Positions 35,212 through 45,369 of a stretch of DNA of 64,000 nt are shown piece after piece. Source of the DNA: Azolla caroliniana. Lineage: Eukaryota > Plantae > Polypodiophyta. Below the pieces are notes generated by a model, which was given only the letters and a program-made list of their open reading frames with translations, did not search any database and was not told the DNA's origin. The position numbers and the translations under genes were made by a program. Where the stretch lies: NCBI GenBank assembly GCA_043228905.1, contig JBHGNT010000011.1, positions 13,392,001-13,456,000 on the forward strand, in the 5' to 3' direction. Each line of letters opens with the position of its first letter. Position 1 is the first letter of the stretch.

Positions 35212-37911
35212 ATGGAACCACAAACGCTGTCGGAAGCGGCCAGGAAATGGTTCAGGCAAAACGGACTGGAGGGGTTCTTGGCCATCATGGAGGCACCGCC
35301 GCACAGAGAAGCCGACCGGGTCATCAAGGAGCTCGCCACAGAGGTCATCACCGAGGAAGCGATCCGCGCGCTAACAGGCCTTCCGGAGGGAGGAATCTTT
35401 CAGATCGATAACCCAACCTCGGAGCAACTCACCCGATATTTCGGTGAGTACTCTGTTGCCGGCAAAGGCTATCGGACGCAGGGCGGCGAAGATCCGCTAT
35501 TCAGGGAGATAGCTCGAGTGCTCCATGAGTACGGTCACGTGTACCCCCGACCCCCTGTCATGCCAAAAAATCGGGCAGGGATGATCATAGCCACCCATGA
35601 AGGGGTCAAGGTGGACTGGCCGGTGTTGATTGCAGACGGGTTGTGCATGGCAATCGACATGGTACGAGGGAAGGACGGCAAGGAGGGCCGGAAGCTGTGG
35701 CACGCCGTAGCTCAATGGATAACATTGCTCGTGCCGCCGGTCGAGACCGTCCAGCCAAAGAAGCGGCCAAGAGTATCGGAAGGAAGCACCTCAAAGCCGG
35801 CGTCCAAACGACAGCAGCTGCTGGCGTCGAAGGCGACGAAAGGGAAGAAACGGGCCCCAGAACCGGAGGAGGTGTCACCGGTCCGACCCGTCAAGATAAC
35901 CTTACGGAGACCGGGACAGAAGGAACCGGAACCCTTGACGGCACAGAAACATGCCGTGACACAGGAAGAGGAAACGGAGGAGCCAGAAGAGCACCTCCAA
36001 CGACGGTCAAGAAGTAGGACCACCGAGACAGGAGGGGAGCGGTCGTACCCGCGAGAGGCAGAAACGCCCCCAACTCAACCTGAGCAAACCACAAGGGAAG
36101 AACCGGAACCGGTGCGTAGGGAACCGGTCTTGTCGACTTCTATAGAAGAAGTCAGTCCAACGGCTCCGGAGACGGCGAGAACCGGAACTCAACAGCCGGC
36201 GAGCCCAGCCAGAGCACACGGCGGCCAAGGAGTAGAACCAGAACGGCACATGCAGGCACTCAGGCCAGACAATTCCACAGGGAATGAGCCGACCCGACCA
36301 GTACAGCAACAAGGCACCAGTAGCATGTGGCTACGGTGGGTAGGCGAGCAAATCGCCGGAGTGGTCGAGTATATAGAGGCGGAAGAGAGAGCGCACCAGG
36401 AACGGTTGCTCGTCACAACCGTAGATCTAGAGACGGCCCGGTCCAGAATCCGGAGCCTTGAACACGACTTGGACAGGGTCACAAGGGAAATGGCGCAAGT
36501 GGCGTTGACAACACAAGCCCAAGCACCGGTGACTCCGGGCAATGTGCAGAATAAAGCGACAGATCAACCTGTACATAGCAATCAGACCCCGGCAACGGAA
36601 ACCGTTCCGGAGAGAAATGCGGCACAAGCCCAAGAGCTTGCGGATTTAAAGGATGAGCTTGCTGCCCAAGAAGCGCTGAGGAGCCGCGAAAGAGAATTGA
36701 AGACGGCAGCGGAGGCAGAACTCAAAAAGACTGTTGAGAATCTACGCCGGGCCGAGGAGAGCTTACGGAAAGGCCACCAAGCGTACGACCGGCTCAAGGA
36801 GGAAAAGGAGAAAATGCTGCAAGAGAAGGACAAGCTCCGGAGGAACGCCGAAACAGAAGTAGAGCGCCTGAAAGAGGAACTCCGGCAGGTAAAGGACCGG
36901 GAGGACCGGAACCATCGCCAGATCAACGGCAAGCTCAAACAAAAAACGGAGGAATTTGAGCAATTGCACCGGGAGTATAAACGGTTGCAAACGGAGCACA
37001 AGGAACGGACGGATGAGCTCCGACAAGCAGTTGATCGGACCGCAACCGCATTCGCCAAGGAACAAGCGGAAAACAGAAGACGGTTGGAAGAGGCGGAGAA
37101 GGTTCGGACAGAGCTCCTCAGGCAACAGCAGGCGGAAAAAGAAAGAGCGGCAGAGGTACTGCAGAGGCTGCAAACGACATATCAAGGGCAGCTGACGCGC
37201 TACAGAGAGCAGGCGGAGGATACGGCAAACCTCATCAAGCAGTTGAACGAGGAGCGACAAGTGGTGGAAAGCAGAGCTCAAATGGGAGCAGGTCGCATCC
37301 AGGATATAATGCGGGCCTGGTTGAACCAGACCAAGAGCTTGATTGACAACGGTTCCGTCAAAGGGTGGACCAAGTGGGCCACGAACGCGGCGGAACTCCA
37401 ATTGCTCCGGGCTGACGTAGAGAACCGGCGGAAGGAGGGAGATGATTGCTATATGCTGACTTCCGAAGACTTCACCGGCATAAGGGATGAGCTTGCCGAA
37501 GACTTTCAAGTCTTGGCAGAGGACCAACTAGAGCAAGTCCGGCAACTTGTAGCTCAGCTGGACGACGACAGGCTGGAGGCGCAGATCCAGTTTGAAAGCT
37601 ACGAGAGGTCCCGGATCCGGGGAGAGAAAGAACGAGAACCAGTTACGGTCAACCTCAGTGATGAGGAACCGTTACTGGAAGGAGACCAGACCGGAAGCAG
37701 TCAGACGGAGATGCCGGAGCCAGAGAGACAAATGGAGCAGCCGGAGTCAGCGAAACAAACGGAGCAGCAGCAGCAAGCAGAGCAGCCGGAGCAACCTCAG
37801 TCCCAACCGCAACCACAGCAGCAGCAGCAAGCACAGCCGCAACAACCACAACCGGAAGAACAAGCGGAAATTCTTGAACAAAGTAATTTGGACAATTTGG
37901 GTGAACAATGA
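35212..37911 (+). CDS. ORF3 of E: 899-aa protein with a globular N-terminal domain, disordered linker, long coiled coil and Q-rich tail
   Basis: Open frame 34912-37911. ATG 35212 (MEPQTLSEAARKWF) aligns with the G ORF3 start MPIFISTALRRWL. Homologues occur in G and at 13074-14065. Confidence 0.88.
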   Translation: MEPQTLSEAARKWFRQNGLEGFLAIMEAPPHREADRVIKELATEVITEEAIRALTGLPEGGIFQIDNPTSEQLTRYFGEYSVAGKGYRTQGGEDPLFREIARVLHEYGHVYPRPPVMPKNRAGMIIATHEGVKVDWPVLIADGLCMAIDMVRGKDGKEGRKLWHAVAQWITLLVPPVETVQPKKRPRVSEGSTSKPASKRQQLLASKATKGKKRAPEPEEVSPVRPVKITLRRPGQKEPEPLTAQKHAVTQEEETEEPEEHLQRRSRSRTTETGGERSYPREAETPPTQPEQTTREEPEPVRREPVLSTSIEEVSPTAPETARTGTQQPASPARAHGGQGVEPERHMQALRPDNSTGNEPTRPVQQQGTSSMWLRWVGEQIAGVVEYIEAEERAHQERLLVTTVDLETARSRIRSLEHDLDRVTREMAQVALTTQAQAPVTPGNVQNKATDQPVHSNQTPATETVPERNAAQAQELADLKDELAAQEALRSRERELKTAAEAELKKTVENLRRAEESLRKGHQAYDRLKEEKEKMLQEKDKLRRNAETEVERLKEELRQVKDREDRNHRQINGKLKQKTEEFEQLHREYKRLQTEHKERTDELRQAVDRTATAFAKEQAENRRRLEEAEKVRTELLRQQQAEKERAAEVLQRLQTTYQGQLTRYREQAEDTANLIKQLNEERQVVESRAQMGAGRIQDIMRAWLNQTKSLIDNGSVKGWTKWATNAAELQLLRADVENRRKEGDDCYMLTSEDFTGIRDELAEDFQVLAEDQLEQVRQLVAQLDDDRLEAQIQFESYERSRIRGEKEREPVTVNLSDEEPLLEGDQTGSSQTEMPEPERQMEQPESAKQTEQQQQAEQPEQPQSQPQPQQQQQAQPQQPQPEEQAEILEQSNLDNLGEQ

Positions 37912-37923
37912 AGGGGCCGAGAA

Positions 37924-37961
37924 GGGTTCGACGTACAAGGTACTGTCCCACGGGCGTGCGA
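37924..37961 (+). other. tRNA-Arg 3'-end-like motif at the PPT position of E
   Basis: GGGTTCGA-[13 nt]-GTCCCACGGGCGTGCGA, ending 2 nt before the 3' LTR. Confidence 0.7.
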
Positions 37962-38383
37962 TGTGTTACCGGCCGGCAAGGAGTCCAAAATACGGAGTGA
38001 AGGAATTAATTAGATATGGTTGTAAATGAGCGTAGTGTGGACGGACGGACTGGAAACGGTATGCCGTTCCAGATCCGGACGGATCCCGAATAGGTGCGAG
38101 AGGCACCGTTTTGTACTACGGGCCGGAAACCTATTTAAAGGCCCGGACCCCATTGTAATGACAGCGGATAATTAGTAAAGCTTATGTTGTTTATACTTCT
38201 GTCTTGATTTCCGTTCTGTAATCACTGTTATATCTTACGCGTGTAATTAACCAAAGCAATCTAATCGTGTAACTTACGTAAGTCGGTGTAATCATTGAAT
38301 CTTAATCCTTTGCCGTAATCACCCTTTGGTGAAGTGTCTCCGTGACACCTTGTGTTAGGCCTTGTCCGGCTAAGAGAATAACA

Positions 38384-40632
38384 AGTTGATCCTCACCGGT
38401 CGACTTGAAGCTCCTCATCTTCTTCTCCGACTCCCAGTCGGCGAGTGTCTTGTCCTCCATGAAGATGATATCACGACTCCTGAATATCTTCTTGTCGACC
38501 GGGTCCCATACTCGGTAGCCGAACTCATCATCGCCGTAACCGAGGAATATGCATGGCCGGGACTTTGGATCTAGCTTTCCTCTCCGGTCCTTAGCCACAT
38601 GCACATATGCGAGGCACTCGAACACCTTCAGATGCCTGTAGGATACTTCCCTACCGGTCCACACTCTCTGCGGCGTGTCTCCGTCCAAAGGTACTGAGGG
38701 TGATCTATTTATCACGTATGTCGCCGTCGACATCGCCTCAGCCCAAAACCCCTTGGGTAATTTCGCATGCGCTAGCATACTCCGGACCCTCTCCATTATG
38801 GTCCGGTTCATCCTCTCGGCCAGCCCGTTCAGTTCTGGCTTCTTCGGCACAGTAAACTCGAGCCGGATTCCCTTCGAGCGACAGTACTCCGCGAACTGCC
38901 CCCGGTATTCTCCTCCGATATCTGCTCGTATCGCTTTCAGCTTCTTGCCGGATTCTCTTTCCACTCTCGCGTGGAGTTCTTTGAAGACGGACAACACTTG
39001 GTCCTTTGTCTTCAACGGTGCCATCCACAGCTTCCGGCTGTGATTATCAATGAAAGTCACGAAGTACTGGGCTCCGCCATGTGACTTCGTTTCTACCTGA
39101 CACACATCAGTGTGCACCAACTCCAATGGTGCGCTACGTCTCGTCGGTGGCCTTGAGTGGAAGGAGGTTCGGTTCTGCTTACCGGCCAGGCAATCGGTGC
39201 ACTTCTCCAGGTGCACATGCTTCACTGGAATAAGGTTTTCTTATGCAAGCCTCTTCATCCCCTTCTCACTCATGTGGCACAGTCTCTTGTGCCACAGCTC
39301 ACCGGCAGTGTCGGCTGCTACATTCAGCTGTTCCGGACACAACCAGGCATTCATAAGGTACAGTGTGTTGACTTTCCGGGCCCGAGCCACTATCAGGCTT
39401 CCCTTGTTGAACTTCATTACGCCGTTCCGGATGCTACCTGTGTAGCCTTCATCGTTTAGCCTCCCGGCCGAAATCAGGTTCAATCGAACCTCCGGAACGT
39501 GTCGGACATCCTTCAGCAGCATTTTGCATCCGGTCGGGGTTGTCAACCATACGTCTCCAATGCCGGCAATCCGGCACGTACCTTCATTTCCCATCCGAAC
39601 ACAGCCATGTTCACCGGCTGTGTAGGATGAGAAGTATCTACTTTCCGGGGTCAGGTGGAACGACGCTCCGGAATCGACCACCCAGGTAGTCTCATCGCCG
39701 GCAATGTTTAGTTCACCTTCTTCGGTGACGAGCATGATCTCCTCTTCACTTGCCGCGAGTGCCGTCGTTCCTTTCCGGTCCTGCCTTCGCCGATCCGGAC
39801 CTTTCCGGTCCGTGGCTCCCCGGTATGCACCGTTTCTCTCCGGTGACTTCTTCGAATCGGTGTCGTCGGCTCCGTTGTCTTTTCGGTAATGCCGACAATT
39901 CTTCCGGAAGTGCCCCGGCTTCCCACAGTGGAAGCATGTGGGTCTTCCTCTTGACTGCGACCGGGTCCCCGACTTCTCCCGTCTTTGCGGACTCTGGTTC
40001 CATTGTCTTCCCCGTTCCGATTCGGTAAGCAGCGCCTTCGAGTCGGAGACCGGTTCTTTATCTCTCTGACGCGCTTCTTCGTTCAAAATACTTGTCTTTA
40101 CCGTTTGTAGGGACAAGTTATCTTCGGTGCAGGAGGTGCTGAGAGTCACCACCAAGTTCTCCCAGCTGTCCGGCAATGTACACATCAGGATGATGGCTTG
40201 CATTGCATCCTCCAACGGGAACTTGATCGCCGCAAGCTGGTTCACGAATCCCATGAACGTGCTTACGTGTTCCACCATACTCTCGCCGTCCCGGTACTTG
40301 AGGTTCACTATCTTTCTCATCAGGGAGGTCCGGTTCAACGCATTCTTCCTCTCGTAGAGGCCCGACAGCTTCCTCCACATCTCATATGCGTTGGTGTCGT
40401 TCGCCACGTGTTGTAGAACGCTCACGTCGACGTATTGCCGAATGGTTGCAACGGCTTTCCGGTTCAGAAGCCTCCACTCCGTCTCAAGTACCCCCTTGGG
40501 TATTTCCGACCTGTCGATCGGTTCATACAGGTCCCGAACAATGAGCAGATCCTCCATCTTTATCTTCCAGTTGGCGTAGTTCTGCGCATTCAGCACCATC
40601 ATCCCCGGCTGCCCGCTGCTGCCGCCTTCCAT
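38384..40632 (-). pseudogene. gag-pol: Copia C2 gag-PR-INT (5' part)
   Basis: ORFs 39241-40632 and 38389-39225 are separated by one TAA. Confidence 0.9.
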
Positions 40633-41280
40633 TTTCTGTGTTACCGTCGCTCTGATACCAGTTTGTCGAAATTCCGTGCTCGGCCACAACCGAGGAACAG
40701 GATCGATTCACAGAAAACGGGAAATACAACAATGCACGAAAAACAATAGAGAGAAGGGCACACTGAATGTTTTACGTGGAAAACCCTAAATGGGAAAAAC
40801 CACGGGAGTGCAAGACTCCAACTATCACTATACGCGGGAATGTACAATGGCGAGCTGCAAGGTGACGACCTTGAGCTCGCTGTCCTCGCCACAGGCGGCG
40901 GTATTACACAGAGGCGTCGACCGCTTCCTTCCTCCTTCTCTCTCACTCTCACTCGGCTGCTCTCTCTTCGCTCCCTCTTAGTGGAAAAACAAAAAAATGA
41001 GCAACAACCTAGATAACTGTTTGCCCTAAGTCATATTTATACACATATGACTTTCGGGCTATTTACAAATATAGCCTCAAGGGCTCTTGGCAAACATATT
41101 CACAAATATGTCTCCACATCTGGATCTCTCTCCGGGTACATTCGTCATCCGGCTCCGTAACCGGGGTCTTCATCATCCGGCTCCGTAGCCGAGGTCTTCA
41201 TCATCCGGCTCCGTAACCGCAATCGGGCTTGCCGTCATTCATCTCCGGACATCCCATCCGGAGGGACCGAAATCCCAACA

Positions 41281-44200
41281 CTTCGAACTTCTTCACAAAC
41301 ACGCAGTGATCGGACTGCGTTTTGTGGTACCCTTCGTTGGTCATGAAAGAGTCGAACTTCCGGTACCATTGCCAGGGAGCCTGCTTCGGTCCGTAAAGGC
41401 TCTTCTTCAACCGGCATACCAGGTGCTCCTTCCCTTTCTTCTCGAATCCTTCCGGTTGCTGCATGTAGATCTCTTCTTCGAGGTCACCGTGAAGGAATGC
41501 CGTCTTCACGTCCATCTGTTCTACCTCGAGGTCCATGCTTGCCGCTATGCTCAGCACCGTCCGGATGGAGGTCATCTTCACCACCGGGGCAAATATCTCG
41601 TCGAAGTCGACGCCCTTCTTCTGCTGGAACCCCTTCACCACGATCCTGGCTTTGTATCTCGGGGGGTTTCCGGCATCTCCCGGTTTCAGTTTGAACACCC
41701 ACTTGTTTCGAAGTGCCCGCTTTCCTTTCGGCAACTCCACAAGTTCATATGTGTGGTTCTCATGCAGGGAATCCATCTCCTCCTGCATGGCACTTAGCCA
41801 CCTGCGGCTATGGGTGTCAAGCTTTGCTTCTTCAAAACTCTCCGGCTCCCCCTCGTCGGTTAGCAGCACGTGCTCTGGTTCCGGAAATCTTCGGGGGGGC
41901 CTTCTCTCTCTTAGAGGGTATCTCCGTTCCGGAGCTTCGGTAACCGGCTCCTCCGTTTCCTCTTCATCCGAATCCATTCCGGGATCGGGGCCGGTTCCGG
42001 TATCAGTTTCATCTTCCTCGGCCGGTTCTGTTTCTTCACCCTCTTCGGCCGGATCCTCGAGTGCTAACCGGTCCCTTGCCGGTCGGGACTGCTCCTCGAG
42101 TGCTAACCGGTCCCTTGCCGGTCGGGACTGCTCCTCGTAGAGTTGATCCTCACCGGTCGACTTGGAGCTCTTCATCTTCTTTTCCGACTCCCAGTCCGCG
42201 AGTGTCTTGTCCTCCATGAAGATGATATCACGACTCCGGAATATCTTCTTGTCGACCGGGTCCCATACTCGGTAGCCGAACTCGTCATCGCCGCAACCGA
42301 GGAATATGCATGGCCGGGTCTTTGGATCTAACTTTCCTCTCCGGTCCTTTGCCACATGCACATATGTGAGACACCCGAACACCTTCAGATGCCGGTAGGA
42401 TACTTCCCTGCCGGTCCACACTCTCTGCGGCGTGTCTCCGTCCAAAGGTATTGAGGGTGATGTGTTTATCACGTATGTCGCCGTCGACATTGCCTCAGCC
42501 CAAAACCCCTTGGGTAATTTCGCATGCGCTAGCATACTCCGGACCCTCTCCATTATGGTCCGGTTCATCCTCTCGGCCAGCCCGTTCAGTTCCGGCGTCT
42601 TCGGCACAGTAAACTCGAGTCGGATTCCCTTCGAGCGACAGTACTCCACGAACTGCCCCCGGTATTCCCCTCCGTTATCCGCTCGTATCGCTTTCAGCTT
42701 CTTGCCGGATTCCCTTTCCACTCTCGCGTGGAGTTCTTTGAAGACGGACAATACTTGGTCCTTTGTCTTCAACGGTGCCGTCCACAGCTTCCGGCTATGG
42801 TCATCTATGAATGTTACGAAGTACTGGGCTCCGCCATGTGACTTCGTTTCTACCTGACACACGTCAGTGTGCACCAACTCCAATGGTGTGCTCCGTCTCG
42901 TCGGTGGCCTTGGGTGGAAGGAGGTTCGGTTCTGCTTACCGTCCAGGCAATCGGTGCACTTCTCCAGGTGCACATGCTTCACAGGAATAAGGTTGTCTTC
43001 TGCAAGCCTCTTCATCCCCTTCTCACTCATGTGGCACAGTCTCTTGTGCCACAGCTCACCGGCAGTGTCGGCTGCCACATTCAACTCCTCCGGACACAAC
43101 CGGGCATTCATAAGGTACAGTGTGTTGACTTTCCGGGCCCGAGCCACTATCAGGCTCCCCTTGCTGAACTTCATTACGCCGTTCCGGATGCTACCTGTGT
43201 AGCCTTCATCGTCTAGCCTCCCGGCCGAAATCAGGTTCAATCGAACTTCTGGAATGTGTCGGACATCCTTCAGCAGCATCTTGCATCCGGTTGATGTCAT
43301 CAGCCACACGTCTCCTATGCCGGAAATCCGGCATGTACCTTCATTTCCCATCCGGACACAGCCGTGCTCACCGGCTGTGTAGGATGAGAAGTATTTCTTC
43401 TCCGGGGTCAGGTGGAACGACGCTCCGGAATCGACCACCGAGGTCATCTCTTCACCGGCAAGGTTCAGCTCCCTCTCTTCGGTAATGAGCATTATCTCTT
43501 CTTCACTTGCCGCGAGTGCCGTCGTTCCTTTCCGGTCCTGCCCTCGCCGATCCGGACCTCTCCGGTCCGTGGCTCCCCGGTATGCACCGTTTCGCTCCGG
43601 TGACTTCTTCGAATCGGTACCGTCGGTTCCGTTGTCTTTCCGGAAATGCCGACAGTTCTTCTGGAAGTGCCCCGGCTTCCCACAGTAGAAGCATGTAGGT
43701 CTTCCCCTCGACTGCGACCGTGTCCCCGACTTCTCCCATCTTTGCGGACTCCGGTTCCGTTGTCTTCCCCGTTCCGATTCGGTAAGCAGCGCCTTCGAGT
43801 CGGAGGCCGGTTCTTTATCTCTCCGACGCGCTTCTTCATTTAGAATACTTGTCTTTACCGTTTGTAAAGACAAGTTCTCTTCCTTATAGGAGGTGCTGAG
43901 AGTAACTACCAAGTTCTCCCAGCTCTCCGGAAGGGTACACATCAGCATAATGGCTTGCATTGCGTCATCCAACGGGAACTTGATCGCCGCAAGCTGGTTC
44001 ACGAATCCCATGAACGTGTTGACGTGTTCGACCATGCTCTCGCCGTCCCGGTACTTAAGATTCACTATCTTCCTCATCAGGGAGGTCCGGGTCAGAGCAT
44101 TCTTCCTCTCATACAGTCCGGACAGCTTCTGCCACATCTCATAGGCGTTCGTATCGTTCGCCACATGTTGCAGGACACTTACATCGACATATTGCCGGAT

Positions 44201-44389
44201 CGTCGCTACGGCTTTCCGGTTCAGGAGCTTCCACTCCGACTCTATTACCCCCTTGGGTATCTCGGCATTGTCGATCAGTTCGTACAGGTCTCGGACGATG
44301 AGAAGGTCTTCCATCTTTATCTTCCAGTCGGCGTAGTTCTGTGAGTTCAACACCATCATGCCTGGAGGCCCACTACCGCCGCCTTCCAT
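41281..44389 (-). pseudogene. gag-pol: Copia F gag-PR-INT-RT (5' part, open frame, cut by C2)
   Basis: 1062-aa ORF up to CVFVKKFE, with a 13-aa tandem duplication [13 protein letters not shown]. Confidence 0.92.
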
Positions 44390-45082
44390 TTTCTGTGTTA
44401 CCGTCGCTCTGATACCACTTTGTTAAACACAGTGCTCGGCCACAACCGAGGAATAGGATCAACTCACAGAAACAAAATGCACGACGACAATAGAGAGAAG
44501 AGTACACAGGATGTTTTACGTGGAAAACCCTAAATGGGAAAAACCACGGGAGTCCTCAAACTCCAACTATCACTATGAACAGAGATGTACAATGGTGAAG
44601 CTACAAGGCAACAACCTTGAGCTCACTGTCTTCACCACAGTCGGCGGTAATACACAGAGGCAACGACCTCTTCGTCTCTCACTCTCTCTCACTCTCGGCT
44701 GCTCTCTTCACTCCCTCTCAGTGAAAACAGAAAATATGAGCAACAACCGCAACTGTTTGCCCTAAGTCATATTTATACACATATGACTTTCGGGCTATTT
44801 ACAAATATAGCCTCAAGGGCCCTTGGCAAACATATTCACAAATATGTCCCCGCATCCGGATCTCTCTCCGGGTACATTCATCATCCGGCTCCGTAGCCGG
44901 GGTCTTCATCATCCGGCTCCGTAGCCGGGTACTCTTCATCCGGCTTCATGCCGGGTACTCTTCATCCTCTGGTTCCGTAACCGCAACCGGGTTTGCCGTC
45001 ATTCATCTCCGGACATCCCATCCGGAGGGACCGAAATCCCAACACGTTGTTCATCGAGAGCGTGTAGTTCTTGTCAAAGTCA

Positions 45083-45369
45083 TTTTCTAGGTCTAACAAA
45101 TGTTAAGTTTCTTAAATGTATAAATACATGGTCAATTTTGTTGTTATAAGTCTAAATTATTGGTTATTTTCACGTATTTTGTGAGGCTACTTGCCATATT
45201 CCCTAATTGTTTAATGGTCCTAAATGTTTCCAAATTCATTTTATTCTATTTCCCATCTAAAATGGTGCCATGATGAGGATATTGTTGTAGATTTTCTACT
45301 TTAAACAAGAACTCGATATCGAGTTCTTGTTTATAAGTATGTGTTTTAAATAGGAACTGTGTTTAAAAG
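45083..45369 (+). repeat. Right copy of the 287-bp direct repeat
   Basis: Near-identical to 14206-14492; contains a 32-bp perfect palindrome at 45302-45333. Confidence 0.92.

Larger units (their letters stand above)
28550..38383 (+). mobile_element. Intact non-chromoviral Ty3/Gypsy E with an extra 3' ORF
   Basis: 420-bp LTRs (28550-28969, 37964-38383) with one mismatch seen, TGTTA...TAACA ends, perfect TSD AGTTG, both ORFs open. Confidence 0.97.
26093..41280 (-). mobile_element. Ty1/Copia C2 inserted in the RT of F and interrupted by Gypsy E
   Basis: 617-bp LTRs at 26093-26709 and 40664-41280, perfect TSD CTTCG, iMet PBS 40649-40660. Confidence 0.95.
24450..45044 (-). mobile_element. Ty1/Copia F inserted in the 3' LTR of D and interrupted by C2
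   Basis: 624-bp LTRs at 24450-25073 and 44421-45044, TSD CGCTG/CGTTG, iMet PBS 44406-44417, PPT after 25073. Confidence 0.95.
14493..45087 (+). mobile_element. Ty1/Copia D: decayed three-LTR tandem structure hosting C1, F, C2 and E
   Basis: LTR starts TGTTAGGAAAC at 14493, 14791 and 23858, with PPT GAAGGGGGAG before the last two. Internal sequence at 14612-14780, 15155-15585 and 21099-23847. The last LTR is split by F (23858-24449 plus 45045-45087). Confidence 0.88.

Noticed and set aside
34912-37911. ORF3 as a retroviral env gene
   Set aside because: No signal peptide, fusion peptide or transmembrane helix; the protein is hydrophilic coiled coil.
37924-37961. A real tRNA gene upstream of the 3' LTR
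   Set aside because: Only the T-loop and 3' acceptor strand are present, with an insertion, and there are no D or anticodon arms. It is reported as a mimic instead.
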